A stretch of 64,000 nt of DNA from assembly GCF_044324785.1 (NCBI RefSeq), contig NZ_CP172127.1; one strand, given 5' to 3'. A program made the position numbers and the translations under genes. Positions within the stretch are counted from its first letter, which is position 1; the number at the start of each line of letters is the position of its first letter. Below the pieces are notes generated by a model. The model did not search any database. It was not told the DNA's origin and worked only from the letters and a program-made list of their open reading frames with translations. This document shows positions 1 through 11,117 of the stretch, piece after piece. This stretch comes from Escherichia coli. GTDB lineage: Bacteria; Pseudomonadota; Gammaproteobacteria; Enterobacterales; Enterobacteriaceae.

Positions 1-248
1 GCCAGATTTGCCACTTCCTCCAATGGGATATTATGGCTTTCAGCGAGCTTCTGATAACTCTCTTTCCGTGCCTGATTGATATTTGCTACCAGCTCTCGTG
101 TTTCTGGATCAGTGCTTATAGCCGCAAGGTAGCCATTATGCCTTTCACCTACCCGCCCCTGACTTCTGGCTTCATTCAGGGTTAATGCCATCGCACTACT
201 GCTCACCAGACCAATAATCCATACCGCTATGAGTAATGTTCTTTTCAT
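1..248 (-). CDS. ydbL: YdbL-like periplasmic protein (DUF1318), N-terminal ~82 codons; 3' end lies beyond window start
   Basis: Minus-strand ATG at 246-248, 7 nt after ynbE stop; translation begins MKRTLLIAVWIIGLVSSSAMA (signal peptide); position after ydbH-ynbE as in E. coli. Confidence 0.7.
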   Translation of the reverse strand, partial: MKRTLLIAVWIIGLVSSSAMALTLNEARSQGRVGERHNGYLAAISTDPETRELVANINQARKESYQKLAESHNIPLEEVANL

Positions 249-255
249 CATTACC

Positions 256-441
256 TCAGAAAAGATCGCTACGAGTTTCAAGCAGCTCTTCGACATCTTT
301 GTCTGCCTTGATGATGATCTCATGCTCAATTTTAACGTTCATATTGATAGTGATCGGTTCCTTAGGTGCAGCGACTTCAATGCGAGGCGTACAGCCAACC
401 AGCATAAAAGATGACGTCAACGCAGCCAGTAAAATTTTCAT
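256..441 (-). CDS. ynbE: small lipoprotein YnbE (61 aa)
   Basis: 61-aa ORF with lipobox LVGC; start overlaps ydbH stop by 4 nt (ATGA), operon-like. Confidence 0.8.
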   Translation of the reverse strand: MKILLAALTSSFMLVGCTPRIEVAAPKEPITINMNVKIEHEIIIKADKDVEELLETRSDLF

Positions 442-3077
442 TGTTTTTCCTCACACTCTTTTCCTTGCGGACAGTCATTTCCCGGCAGACGCGCGTTCTG
501 CTCCAACCATGCCTGGAGATTATCGCCAAAGCGTAAACTGCGCCACAGCGTAAAAATATTCTCTTCATGATGGTAATTAAGGTTTACCGTACCGCTTTTA
601 CCATCAACGCGACTGGTGCCTGTAATGTTGGCCTGCATGGTTAATAAACCGAGATTATCTAAGTTAATTTTTGTCGATGAACGGCTAATTTCCATATAGC
701 GCAACCAGTTAATTGCTGAACCCGCGGTCATATTGTCTTTCACTACCGCATCTGCGGTGTCTTTATCCAGCCGCAAGGTCATTGGCCCGCTATTTGCCAG
801 CCAACCATCTTTCACTATCCATTTTTCGTTGTTTAGCCATAACGGCAATGCACCACTAAATGCCCCGGACATGGCGAATTGTTTCGGATTGACGGCGCTA
901 ACCAGTTCGCTGGATGAGAGATTATTCAGCCGCAACAGCGCCGGGTCATGTTGCGGCATACGTAATTGTTTCATCAGCACGTTACCGCCTAACACATCGA
1001 CGCTAACATCAGTCAACAGCAATGGTTCTTCTTCTGTCCACGGATAGCGCCCTTGCAAATCAGCCGTAATATTTTTCGCTGTCACCAGATTAATCACTTC
1101 GGCAATTCGCAACGTAACGGGGCCGCGAGTCCCCAGATGCCAGGCTCCATCGGCAAAACGGAAAGGCAGGACAAAATCGACACCGTTAACCTGATTATCT
1201 GGCATCCAGGCACTACCGCCTTTCAACACACCGTGCCCTCCCGCGCGGAATCCTTGTTCAGGCGCAGCAGAAAATGCGACCTGGGCATATAGTTCGCCAT
1301 CGCGTAAGTTCATCTTCCAGTCGGGTGGCACCAGCGGCTGGAATACGGTCAGTGATTGTTTAGGCCACCAGGCGTTACCGCGCAGACGAATACCGTCCCA
1401 GCGACCACTTACCCGAACCGGGCCAATCTCACCAGCATGTAAATCGCCTTTAAAAAGGAAATACGTCGGATCGCGTCCATCGACGCTAAATTTTAAGGTT
1501 GATGGCGGTAACACACTGCCGCCAGTGAACAGCGTTTGCCCGGCGTCCAGTGACAGCGCGCCGCTAAAGGAGGGATGCTGTGCGTCACGTACCCAGACGA
1601 CGGGCTTGTCGAGAATTAGTCGCGGCTTTTCTACCGTCATCGTACCGTATTGTAACTGGTCGAAACCGGTGGAGAGATCGGTCAGCGTAATCGTGCTGTC
1701 ATGCCACTCACCCTTTCCTGCGACGTCCCAGGTGGCATTCATCGGTGTAAAACTGCCTTTTCCCCAGTAGCGCCACTGCCAGCGGCCAGCGTCAGGGAGA
1801 AAATCATTCGCCAGTCCATCCATATGCAGCACGAAATCGCCCAGTTCATTTTCATGCGCCTGCAAAATGGCCTGCAAACGTCCGTCAACACCACGTTGGG
1901 TGACTTTTACACCCGCTAAAGGCCAGCGGATTTCATCGATGTCCAGCGAATCGATGACTCTTCCCTTCGAACGTAATAACGCGCCTGGCTCAAAGGCCAG
2001 CGTTGGGTCAGTCAGACTTCCGCTTAGCTGCGCAGGTAAGCGGGCATATAAAATGAGATCCGCCTGTTTCGCTTCACCGGTCAGCTGCAAAGGCAGCTGG
2101 CTGTTATCCATGCTTAATTTTCCAGGGCCAAAATTAAGCACCGCGTTGCCTTTACCCGCTTGCCCCTGGGTCAGCACACTAAGTCGTCCGCTGACCAGAG
2201 CGTTCTCGAGCCCTGCCTGCCAGTTGTCGACTTTGACACCCAGTCGGCCACTCAAAGGAAAACCTGCATACGGCCAACTCCAGCGACCATCGCTTACGGT
2301 CAATTGTTGACGAGTAATTTGCCACGGCAAATCGAGCAACGGATCGCCGTTATCCCGTGCCAGCACAATCAATTGCCCGCTATTTTCCTGCCAGTCCAGC
2401 TCTGCATCCACCAGTGACGGTTCCTGCGGCAAGTTAAACGTCGCAGTAGTATGCCCACTGACAGGAAGTCCATCCGGCACGAGCGGCATAGTAAATTCCC
2501 CCGCCAGTTTAACCGGCGGCTGATTTTCAAACGCGACGACATCCAGTTCGCTGACTGTAAGTTGTTGCCCTTTCAGCTGGCCTTGAAATTTAACTTTTTC
2601 GCCCTGATAACGCAGTTGCTGGATATCAGAGGTTAATGCGAGAGAGAGTTTTCCCTGCCATTCCTGCCAGGGAGAAAAAATCAGTTTATCGATATTGATC
2701 CAGGTGTTAGGCAGCATGGACTGCCACTGCGCGAGGGTTTTTGGAGCGGCTGGCGATTGCTCCGTCTGCGGCAATTTCGCCAGACAAGCAGAATCAAGTT
2801 CTACCGTGCCGACGTTCAATAACCAGCGGCTGGGATGTGAAAGGCTGGCGTTGGTGATATGCGCAAGCTGACAATCTCCCACCAGATAACGGAGATCGGG
2901 AATGATTAAACCTTTACGCGTAATGCGTGGGCTTTCATCTAATGCAATACGTGTCCCGAGCGGTAGCCAGATGCCCGCCAGCGTGGGAACCCACAAGCCG
3001 AGCGTCATCAGCAGCGTCAACGGCACAAGAATAATCAGTAATAACAGCGCGAGAACGGCTTTATATTTACCCAGCAT
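438..3077 (-). CDS. ydbH: AsmA-family large membrane-anchored protein YdbH (879 aa)
   Basis: 879-aa ORF, N-terminal TM helix, length matches E. coli YdbH. Confidence 0.9.
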   Translation of the reverse strand: MLGKYKAVLALLLLIILVPLTLLMTLGLWVPTLAGIWLPLGTRIALDESPRITRKGLIIPDLRYLVGDCQLAHITNASLSHPSRWLLNVGTVELDSACLAKLPQTEQSPAAPKTLAQWQSMLPNTWINIDKLIFSPWQEWQGKLSLALTSDIQQLRYQGEKVKFQGQLKGQQLTVSELDVVAFENQPPVKLAGEFTMPLVPDGLPVSGHTTATFNLPQEPSLVDAELDWQENSGQLIVLARDNGDPLLDLPWQITRQQLTVSDGRWSWPYAGFPLSGRLGVKVDNWQAGLENALVSGRLSVLTQGQAGKGNAVLNFGPGKLSMDNSQLPLQLTGEAKQADLILYARLPAQLSGSLTDPTLAFEPGALLRSKGRVIDSLDIDEIRWPLAGVKVTQRGVDGRLQAILQAHENELGDFVLHMDGLANDFLPDAGRWQWRYWGKGSFTPMNATWDVAGKGEWHDSTITLTDLSTGFDQLQYGTMTVEKPRLILDKPVVWVRDAQHPSFSGALSLDAGQTLFTGGSVLPPSTLKFSVDGRDPTYFLFKGDLHAGEIGPVRVSGRWDGIRLRGNAWWPKQSLTVFQPLVPPDWKMNLRDGELYAQVAFSAAPEQGFRAGGHGVLKGGSAWMPDNQVNGVDFVLPFRFADGAWHLGTRGPVTLRIAEVINLVTAKNITADLQGRYPWTEEEPLLLTDVSVDVLGGNVLMKQLRMPQHDPALLRLNNLSSSELVSAVNPKQFAMSGAFSGALPLWLNNEKWIVKDGWLANSGPMTLRLDKDTADAVVKDNMTAGSAINWLRYMEISRSSTKINLDNLGLLTMQANITGTSRVDGKSGTVNLNYHHEENIFTLWRSLRFGDNLQAWLEQNARLPGNDCPQGKECEEKQ

Positions 3078-3284
3078 GGGTAGTTAATATCCTGATTTAG
3101 CGAAAAATTAAGCATTCAATACGGGTATTGTGGCATGTTTAACCGTTCAGTTGAAGGTTGCGCCTACACTAAGCATAGTTGTTGATGAATTTTTCAATAT
3201 CGCCATGGCTTTCAATTATATTTGAAATTTTGTAAAATATTTTTAGTAGCTTAAATGTGATTCAACATCACTGGAGAAAGTCTT

Positions 3285-4274
3285 ATGAAACTCGCCGTTT
3301 ATAGCACAAAACAGTACGACAAGAAGTACCTGCAACAGGTGAACGAGTCCTTTGGCTTTGAGCTGGAATTTTTTGACTTTCTGCTGACGGAAAAAACCGC
3401 TAAAACGGCCAATGGCTGCGAAGCGGTATGTATTTTCGTAAACGATGACGGCAGCCGCCCGGTGCTGGAAGAGCTGAAAAAGCACGGCGTTAAATATATC
3501 GCCCTGCGCTGTGCCGGTTTCAATAACGTCGACCTTGACGCGGCAAAAGAACTGGGGCTGAAAGTAGTCCGTGTTCCAGCCTATGATCCAGAAGCCGTTG
3601 CTGAACACGCCATCGGTATGATGATGACGCTGAACCGCCGTATTCATCGCGCGTATCAGCGTACTCGTGACGCCAACTTCTCTCTGGAAGGTCTGACCGG
3701 CTTTACTATGTATGGCAAAACGGCAGGCGTTATCGGTACCGGTAAAATCGGTGTGGCGATGCTGCGCATTCTGAAAGGTTTTGGTATGCGTCTGCTGGCG
3801 TTCGATCCGTATCCAAGTGCGGCGGCACTGGAACTCGGTGTGGAGTATGTCGATCTGCCAACCCTGTTCTCTGAATCAGACGTTATCTCTCTGCACTGCC
3901 CGCTGACACCGGAAAACTACCATCTGTTGAACGAAGCCGCCTTTGATCAGATGAAAAATGGCGTGATGATCGTCAATACCAGTCGCGGTGCATTGATTGA
4001 TTCTCAGGCGGCAATTGAAGCGCTGAAAAATCAGAAAATTGGTTCGTTGGGTATGGACGTGTATGAGAACGAACGCGATCTGTTCTTTGAAGACAAATCC
4101 AACGACGTGATCCAGGATGACGTATTCCGTCGTCTGTCTGCCTGCCACAACGTGCTGTTTACCGGGCACCAGGCATTCCTGACAGCAGAAGCACTGACCA
4201 GTATTTCTCAGACTACGCTGCAAAACTTAAGCAATCTGGAAAAAGGCGAAACCAGCCCGAACGAACTGGTTTAA
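3285..4274 (+). CDS. ldhA: fermentative D-lactate dehydrogenase, NAD-dependent (329 aa)
   Basis: 329 aa; D-2-hydroxyacid dehydrogenase NAD-binding motif GVIGTGKIG; begins MKLAVYSTKQYDKKYL. Confidence 0.95.
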   Translation: MKLAVYSTKQYDKKYLQQVNESFGFELEFFDFLLTEKTAKTANGCEAVCIFVNDDGSRPVLEELKKHGVKYIALRCAGFNNVDLDAAKELGLKVVRVPAYDPEAVAEHAIGMMMTLNRRIHRAYQRTRDANFSLEGLTGFTMYGKTAGVIGTGKIGVAMLRILKGFGMRLLAFDPYPSAAALELGVEYVDLPTLFSESDVISLHCPLTPENYHLLNEAAFDQMKNGVMIVNTSRGALIDSQAAIEALKNQKIGSLGMDVYENERDLFFEDKSNDVIQDDVFRRLSACHNVLFTGHQAFLTAEALTSISQTTLQNLSNLEKGETSPNELV

Positions 4275-4281
4275 TCTTGCC

Positions 4282-4309
4282 GCTCCCCTGCATTCCAGGG
4301 GAGCTTATT
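4282..4309 (+). terminator. rho-independent terminator of ldhA
   Basis: stem gctcccctg / caggggagc with loop cattc, followed by ttattc, 8 nt after ldhA stop. Confidence 0.6.
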
Positions 4310-4384
4310 CAGATAATCCCCAAAGACCTTTCATCCTCTATTCTTAAAATAGTCCTGAGTCAGAAACTGTAATTGAGAACCACA

Positions 4385-4807
4385 ATGAAGAAAGTAGCCG
4401 CGCTCGTTGCGCTAAGCCTGCTGATGGCGGGATGTGTAAGTAATGACAAAATTGCTGTAACCCCAGAACAGCTACAGCATCATCGCTTTGTGCTGGAAAG
4501 CGTAAACGGTAAGCCCGTGACCAGCGATAAAAATCCGCCAGAAATCAGCTTTGGTGAAAAGATGATGATTTCCGGCAGCATGTGTAACCGCTTTAGCGGT
4601 GAAGGCAAACTGTCTAATGGTGAACTGACAGCCAAAGGGCTGGCAATGACCCGTATGATGTGCGCTAACCCGCAGCTTAATGAACTCGATAACACCATTA
4701 GCGAAATGCTGAAAGAAGGTGCACAAGTGGATCTGACCGCGAACCAGTTAACGCTGGCGACCGCGAAACAGACATTAACTTATAAGCTGGCGGATTTAAT
4801 GAATTAA
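4385..4807 (+). CDS. hslJ: heat-shock lipoprotein HslJ (140 aa)
   Basis: ORF track 4373..4807; start set at MKKVAALVALSLLMAGC (lipobox) to match the 140-aa protein. Confidence 0.85.
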   Translation: MKKVAALVALSLLMAGCVSNDKIAVTPEQLQHHRFVLESVNGKPVTSDKNPPEISFGEKMMISGSMCNRFSGEGKLSNGELTAKGLAMTRMMCANPQLNELDNTISEMLKEGAQVDLTANQLTLATAKQTLTYKLADLMN

Positions 4808-5070
4808 TAGCTGCCACAGCTCCCGGCGGCAAGTGACTGTTCGCTACAGCGTTTGCCGTTGGGTAATGCACACATCCCAATCGCCGTACCATCCAGTTGA
4901 CGGGCAACAGAAAGCGAACCGCCGATCATTGCACAATTTGCTTCTCCACTACTGGACATCGACGCTTTTAAACCTGGCGCTACGTGCGCCGCAGTCGCCT
5001 GTTGAACAGGTTCACTACTACACGCCGACAACAATAAAGCGGCACACCCTACCCAAAACGCTGCTCGCAT
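4804..5070 (-). CDS. ydbJ: DUF333 lipoprotein YdbJ (88 aa)
   Basis: 88-aa ORF with signal peptide and lipobox LSAC; convergent 4-bp overlap with hslJ. Confidence 0.8.
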   Translation of the reverse strand: MRAAFWVGCAALLLSACSSEPVQQATAAHVAPGLKASMSSSGEANCAMIGGSLSVARQLDGTAIGMCALPNGKRCSEQSLAAGSCGSY

Positions 5071-5343
5071 CTTTTCTTCCTCTGATCTTCAAGCCAAACG
5101 ACACCGCCATAAATAATAGGCAGCACAGAGGGCGACGTCGAGAGCTGTCCTGCGCGTTGCCCCGCATTTTTACTTTTTTATGGCTATTTTTTTGCCCTCT
5201 GTTTGATCAAAACATTCATTACGCTGATGTGGGGGACACAAAAGCGAAAATGCAGAAGAAAGCCATTTGCTAAAATTGAAAGATAACTACTGGGCGCGCA
5301 GCAATTTCGTGCGCCCCTCATTTGCGCAATGTAAGGGTGTCAT

Positions 5344-8300
5344 ATGATTACTATTGACGGTAATGGCGCGGTTGCTTCGGTGGCGTTTCGCACCAGTGAA
5401 GTTATCGCCATCTACCCTATTACCCCCAGTTCCACGATGGCAGAACAGGCTGATGCATGGGCCGGAAACGGCTTGAAAAACGTCTGGGGAGACACACCAC
5501 GCGTGGTTGAAATGCAGTCGGAAGCAGGTGCTATCGCTACCGTGCATGGCGCTTTGCAGACGGGTGCCCTTTCAACATCGTTTACGTCATCGCAGGGTTT
5601 GCTGCTGATGATCCCGACGCTGTACAAACTGGCAGGCGAACTCACACCGTTTGTCCTACATGTAGCGGCACGTACCGTTGCCACACATGCACTCTCTATT
5701 TTTGGCGATCATTCCGACGTCATGGCGGTGCGCCAGACGGGTTGCGCGATGTTGTGTGCGGCAAACGTCCAGGAAGCGCAAGACTTTGCTCTCATTTCGC
5801 ACATCGCGACGCTGAAAAGCCGCGTGCCATTTATTCATTTCTTTGATGGTTTCCGCACGTCCCACGAAATCAATAAAATTGTCCCGCTGGCCGATGACAC
5901 GATTCTTGATCTCATGCCGCAGGCCGAAATTGATGCTCATCGCGCCCGGGCACTCAACCCGGAACATCCGGTGATCCGCGGTACGTCCGCCAATCCTGAC
6001 ACTTATTTCCAGTCTCGCGAAGCCACCAACCCCTGGTACAACGCGGTCTATGACCATGTTGAGCAGGCGATGAATGATTTCGCTGCCGCGACAGGTCGTC
6101 AGTATCAGCCGTTTGAGTATTACGGGCATCCGCAAGCTGAACGAGTGATTATCCTGATGGGCTCAGCCATTGGCACCTGTGAAGAAGTGGTTGATGAATT
6201 GCTAACCCGTGGCGAAAAAGTCGGCGTGCTGAAAATTCGCCTGTACCGCCCCTTCTCAGCCAAACACTTGCTACAAGCTCTGCCGGGATCCGTACGCAGC
6301 GTGGCGGTACTGGACAGAACCAAAGAACCCGGTGCCCAGGCAGAACCGCTCTATCTGGATGTGATGACCGCACTGGCAGAAGCCTTTAATAATGGCGAGC
6401 GCGAAACCCTGCCCCGTGTCATTGGTGGGCGCTATGGTCTTTCATCCAAAGAATTTGGCCCGGACTGTGTACTGGCGGTATTTGCCGAGCTCAACGCGGC
6501 TAAACCGAAAGCGCGCTTTACGGTTGGTATTTACGATGATGTGACCAATCTGTCACTGCCGTTGCCGGAAAACACCCTGCCAAACTCGGCGAAACTTGAA
6601 GCCTTGTTTTATGGCCTTGGTAGTGATGGCAGCGTTTCCGCGACCAAAAACAATATCAAGATTATCGGTAATTCCACGCCGTGGTACGCACAGGGCTATT
6701 TTGTTTACGACTCCAAAAAGGCGGGCGGCCTGACGGTTTCTCACCTTCGCGTGAGCGAGCAGCCGATTCGTTCCGCTTATCTCATTTCCCAGGCTGATTT
6801 TGTTGGCTGCCACCAGTTGCAGTTTATCGATAAATATCAGATGGTTGAACGTTTAAAACCTAGCGGCATTTTCCTGCTCAACACGCCGTACAGCGCAGAT
6901 GAAGTGTGGTCGCGCTTGCCGCAGGAAGTTCAGGCCGTGTTAAACCAGAAAAAAGCGCGCTTCTATGTGATTAACGCGGCGAAAATCGCCCGCGAATGTG
7001 GCCTGGCGGCCCGTATTAATACCGTCATGCAGATGGCTTTTTTCCATCTGACGCAAATTCTGCCTGGCGATAGCGCCCTCGCAGAATTGCAGGGTGCGAT
7101 TGCCAAAAGTTACAGTAGCAAAGGTCAGGATCTGGTGGAGCGCAACTGGCAGGCTCTGGCGCTGGCGCGTGAATCCGTAGAAGAAGTTCCGTTGCAGCCG
7201 GTTAATCCGCACAGCGCCAATCGACCGCCTGTGGTTTCCGATGCCGCTCCTGATTTCGTGAAAACCGTTACCGCGGCGATGCTCGCCGGGCTTGGTGATG
7301 CCCTCCCCGTTTCGGCGCTGCCGCCAGACGGCACCTGGCCGATGGGCACCACGCGCTGGGAAAAACGCAATATCGCCGAAGAGATCCCCATCTGGAAAGA
7401 GGAACTCTGTACCCAATGTAACCACTGCGTCGCCGCTTGCCCACACTCAGCTATTCGCGCAAAAGTGGTACCGCCTGAAGCGATGGAAAACGCCCCTGCC
7501 AGCCTGCATTCGCTGGATGTGAAATCGCGTGATATGCGCGGGCAGAAATATGTCTTGCAGGTGGCACCGGAAGATTGCACCGGCTGTAACCTGTGCGTCG
7601 AAGTTTGCCCGGCGAAAGACCGTCAGAATCCAGAGATTAAAGCCATCAATATGATGTCGCGCCTGGAACATGTCGAAGAAGAGAAAATCAATTACGATTT
7701 CTTCCTCAACCTGCCAGAAATCGACCGTAGCAAACTGGAACGTATTGATATTCGTACATCGCAGCTGATTACACCGCTGTTTGAATATTCAGGTGCTTGC
7801 TCCGGTTGTGGCGAGACGCCGTATATTAAATTGCTGACTCAGCTCTATGGCGACCGGATGTTGATCGCTAACGCCACGGGCTGTTCTTCAATTTATGGCG
7901 GTAACCTGCCCTCTACACCGTATACTACCGATGCCAACGGTCGAGGACCGGCATGGGCGAACTCGCTGTTTGAAGATAACGCCGAATTTGGCCTTGGTTT
8001 CCGCCTGACGGTCGATCAACACCGTGTCCGCGTGCTGCGTCTGCTGGATCAATTTGCCGATAAAATCCCGGCTGAATTACTAACTGCGTTGAAATCAGAC
8101 GCCACGCCAGAGGTTCGTCGTGAACAGGTTGCAGCTTTACGCCAGCAACTCAAAGATGTTGCCGAAGCACATGAACTGCTACGTGACGCAGATGCGCTGG
8201 TGGAAAAATCAATCTGGCTGATTGGCGGCGACGGCTGGGCTTACGATATCGGCTTTGGCGGTTTGGATCATGTATTGAGTTTGACAGAAAACGTCAACAT

Positions 8301-8868
8301 TCTGGTGCTGGATACGCAATGCTATTCCAACACCGGTGGTCAGGCGTCGAAAGCGACACCGCTGGGTGCAGTAACTAAGTTCGGCGAGCACGGCAAACGT
8401 AAAGCGCGTAAAGATCTTGGCGTCAGTATGATGATGTACGGTCATGTTTATGTGGCGCAGATTTCTCTCGGCGCGCAGCTCAACCAGACGGTGAAAGCGA
8501 TTCAGGAAGCGGAAGCGTATCCGGGGCCATCGCTGATCATCGCTTATAGCCCCTGTGAAGAGCATGGTTACGATCTGGCACTCAGTCACGACCAGATGCG
8601 CCAACTCACTGCTACCGGCTTCTGGCCGCTATATCGCTTTGATCCGCGTCGTGCCGATGAAGGCAAACTGCCGCTGGCGCTGGATTCACGCCCGCCGTCA
8701 GAAGCACTGGAAGAAACGTTACTTCATGAGCAGCGTTTCCGTCGTCTGAATTCGCTGCAGCCAGAAGTGGCAGAACAGTTATGGAAAGATGCTGCAGCTG
8801 ATTTGCAAAAACGCTATGACTTCCTGGCACAAATGGCCGGAAAAGCGGAAAAAAGCAACACCGATTAA
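5344..8868 (+). CDS. ydbK: pyruvate:flavodoxin/ferredoxin oxidoreductase (1174 aa)
   Basis: 1174 aa; two 4Fe-4S ferredoxin motifs CTQCNHCVAACP and CTGCNLCVEVCP; TPP-binding GGDGWAYDIGFGG. Confidence 0.95.
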   Translation: MITIDGNGAVASVAFRTSEVIAIYPITPSSTMAEQADAWAGNGLKNVWGDTPRVVEMQSEAGAIATVHGALQTGALSTSFTSSQGLLLMIPTLYKLAGELTPFVLHVAARTVATHALSIFGDHSDVMAVRQTGCAMLCAANVQEAQDFALISHIATLKSRVPFIHFFDGFRTSHEINKIVPLADDTILDLMPQAEIDAHRARALNPEHPVIRGTSANPDTYFQSREATNPWYNAVYDHVEQAMNDFAAATGRQYQPFEYYGHPQAERVIILMGSAIGTCEEVVDELLTRGEKVGVLKIRLYRPFSAKHLLQALPGSVRSVAVLDRTKEPGAQAEPLYLDVMTALAEAFNNGERETLPRVIGGRYGLSSKEFGPDCVLAVFAELNAAKPKARFTVGIYDDVTNLSLPLPENTLPNSAKLEALFYGLGSDGSVSATKNNIKIIGNSTPWYAQGYFVYDSKKAGGLTVSHLRVSEQPIRSAYLISQADFVGCHQLQFIDKYQMVERLKPSGIFLLNTPYSADEVWSRLPQEVQAVLNQKKARFYVINAAKIARECGLAARINTVMQMAFFHLTQILPGDSALAELQGAIAKSYSSKGQDLVERNWQALALARESVEEVPLQPVNPHSANRPPVVSDAAPDFVKTVTAAMLAGLGDALPVSALPPDGTWPMGTTRWEKRNIAEEIPIWKEELCTQCNHCVAACPHSAIRAKVVPPEAMENAPASLHSLDVKSRDMRGQKYVLQVAPEDCTGCNLCVEVCPAKDRQNPEIKAINMMSRLEHVEEEKINYDFFLNLPEIDRSKLERIDIRTSQLITPLFEYSGACSGCGETPYIKLLTQLYGDRMLIANATGCSSIYGGNLPSTPYTTDANGRGPAWANSLFEDNAEFGLGFRLTVDQHRVRVLRLLDQFADKIPAELLTALKSDATPEVRREQVAALRQQLKDVAEAHELLRDADALVEKSIWLIGGDGWAYDIGFGGLDHVLSLTENVNILVLDTQCYSNTGGQASKATPLGAVTKFGEHGKRKARKDLGVSMMMYGHVYVAQISLGAQLNQTVKAIQEAEAYPGPSLIIAYSPCEEHGYDLALSHDQMRQLTATGFWPLYRFDPRRADEGKLPLALDSRPPSEALEETLLHEQRFRRLNSLQPEVAEQLWKDAAADLQKRYDFLAQMAGKAEKSNTD

Positions 8869-8896
8869 ATGTTCTGGATAAGAATTATCCAATTCT

Positions 8897-9006
8897 AAAA
8901 AAAAGCCCGAACGACTGTTCGGGCTTGTCTTTTTATATGTTGGAAAATCAGTGGCAATGCAATGGCCCAACAGAAAATAAAATCTGTGACAATAAAGGCA
9001 TATAAC
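8897..9006 (-). ncRNA. micC: MicC small RNA (about 109 nt), antisense regulator of porin mRNAs
   Basis: Minus-strand sequence GTTATATGCCTTTATTGTCACAGATTTTATTTTCTGTTGGGCC... ending in hairpin GCCCGAACAGTCGTTCGGGC plus U-run matches MicC as I recall it; lies between ydbK and ompN. Confidence 0.85.
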
Positions 9007-9233
9007 CCGCGCAGAATAACGTATAGCAAATTAAAAGTATAATTTTTATTTTGTATGTATTATCTCCAATACATTCACCAGACTTATTATCATTTCAGAA
9101 GAATTATTTGATTAAGGTTTTACTTAAGGCGTAACAAATAATATTTATCGGCTAACTGAACTTCTCCTTTAGGATGTTTTCACTCCCCGAAATGGGGATA
9201 AAAGGCAAATAAAATAACTAAAGGATTTATTCA

Positions 9234-10367
9234 ATGAAAAGCAAAGTACTGGCACTTTTAATTCCTGCCCTGCTCGCCGCAGGTGCTGCACATGCAGCCG
9301 AAGTTTATAATAAAGACGGCAACAAATTAGATCTGTATGGCAAAGTTGATGGCCTGCATTATTTTTCTGATAATTCAGCGAAAGATGGCGACCAGAGCTA
9401 TGCGCGTCTGGGTTTTAAAGGCGAAACCCAAATTAACGATCAACTAACTGGCTACGGTCAATGGGAATACAATATTCAGGCAAACAACACTGAATCCTCA
9501 AAAAACCAGTCATGGACCCGTCTGGCATTTGCCGGATTGAAATTTGCAGATTACGGTTCTTTCGATTACGGACGTAATTATGGCGTAATGTACGACATCG
9601 AAGGCTGGACCGATATGCTGCCTGAATTTGGCGGTGACTCTTATACCAATGCAGACAACTTTATGACTGGTCGAGCCAATGGCGTCGCGACTTATCGTAA
9701 TACTGATTTCTTCGGTCTGGTAAATGGTCTGAACTTCGCGGTGCAGTATCAAGGTAACAACGAAGGTGCCAGTAATGGTCAGGAAGGCACCAACAACGGA
9801 CGTGATGTTCGCCATGAAAACGGTGACGGCTGGGGTCTTTCCACAACATATGATTTAGGCATGGGCTTTAGCGCTGGTGCGGCATACACCTCTTCTGACC
9901 GCACCAATGACCAGGTTAACCATACTGCGGCGGGTGGTGATAAAGCAGACGCATGGACTGCTGGGCTAAAATACGATGCTAACAATATTTACCTGGCAAC
10001 CATGTATTCAGAAACGCGTAATATGACCCCGTTTGGCGACAGCGATTATGCTGTTGCAAACAAAACCCAGAACTTTGAAGTTACTGCACAGTACCAGTTT
10101 GATTTTGGTCTGCGTCCGGCAGTCTCTTTCCTGATGTCTAAAGGCCGTGACCTGCACGCTGCCGGTGGTGCAGACAACCCGGCAGGTGTTGATGATAAAG
10201 ATCTGGTTAAATACGCCGATGTTGGCGCGACTTACTATTTCAACAAAAATATGTCCACCTACGTTGACTATAAAATCAACCTGTTGGATGAAGATGACAG
10301 CTTCTACGCTGCCAACGGCATCTCTACCGATGATATTGTCGCTTTAGGTCTGGTTTATCAGTTCTAA
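9234..10367 (+). CDS. ompN: outer membrane porin OmpN (377 aa)
   Basis: 377 aa, signal peptide ending AHA, porin-like beta-strand pattern, C-terminal YQF. Confidence 0.95.
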   Translation: MKSKVLALLIPALLAAGAAHAAEVYNKDGNKLDLYGKVDGLHYFSDNSAKDGDQSYARLGFKGETQINDQLTGYGQWEYNIQANNTESSKNQSWTRLAFAGLKFADYGSFDYGRNYGVMYDIEGWTDMLPEFGGDSYTNADNFMTGRANGVATYRNTDFFGLVNGLNFAVQYQGNNEGASNGQEGTNNGRDVRHENGDGWGLSTTYDLGMGFSAGAAYTSSDRTNDQVNHTAAGGDKADAWTAGLKYDANNIYLATMYSETRNMTPFGDSDYAVANKTQNFEVTAQYQFDFGLRPAVSFLMSKGRDLHAAGGADNPAGVDDKDLVKYADVGATYYFNKNMSTYVDYKINLLDEDDSFYAANGISTDDIVALGLVYQF

Positions 10368-10375
10368 ATCCTCCT

Positions 10376-10399
10376 GCCCGCTGTTATGGCGGGCTTTTT
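10376..10399 (+). terminator. rho-independent terminator of ompN
   Basis: gcccgc tgttatg gcgggc followed by ttttt. Confidence 0.7.
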
Positions 10400-10426
10400 C
10401 TGCTTATTCTTCCTCCTTTGATCTAA

Positions 10427-10942
<516 letters not shown>

Positions 10943-10949
10943 CACTAAC

Positions 10950-10975
10950 GCCCGCACATTGCTGCGGGCTTTTTG
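10950..10975 (+). terminator. rho-independent terminator of uspF
   Basis: gcccgca cattgc tgcgggc followed by ttttt. Confidence 0.7.
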
Positions 10976-11117
10976 ATTCATTTCGCAAATGTGCTGACAT
11001 TTTCCCCTCTAATCCGTACCATACACGCCACTGTTTTTATATCAGATTTCTTATGCTGGGCATTCCGGCATGACGCATACTCTTCTGATGCCATATAACG
11101 AATTGAGTCGCTTTTAA

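Noticed and set aside
3243-3647. 134-aa minus-strand ORF overlapping the ldhA 5' region (and many similar antisense ORFs inside ydbH, ydbK, ompN, dbpA, puu and sap genes)
   Set aside because: Fully embedded antisense or out of frame within well-supported genes; no independent signals
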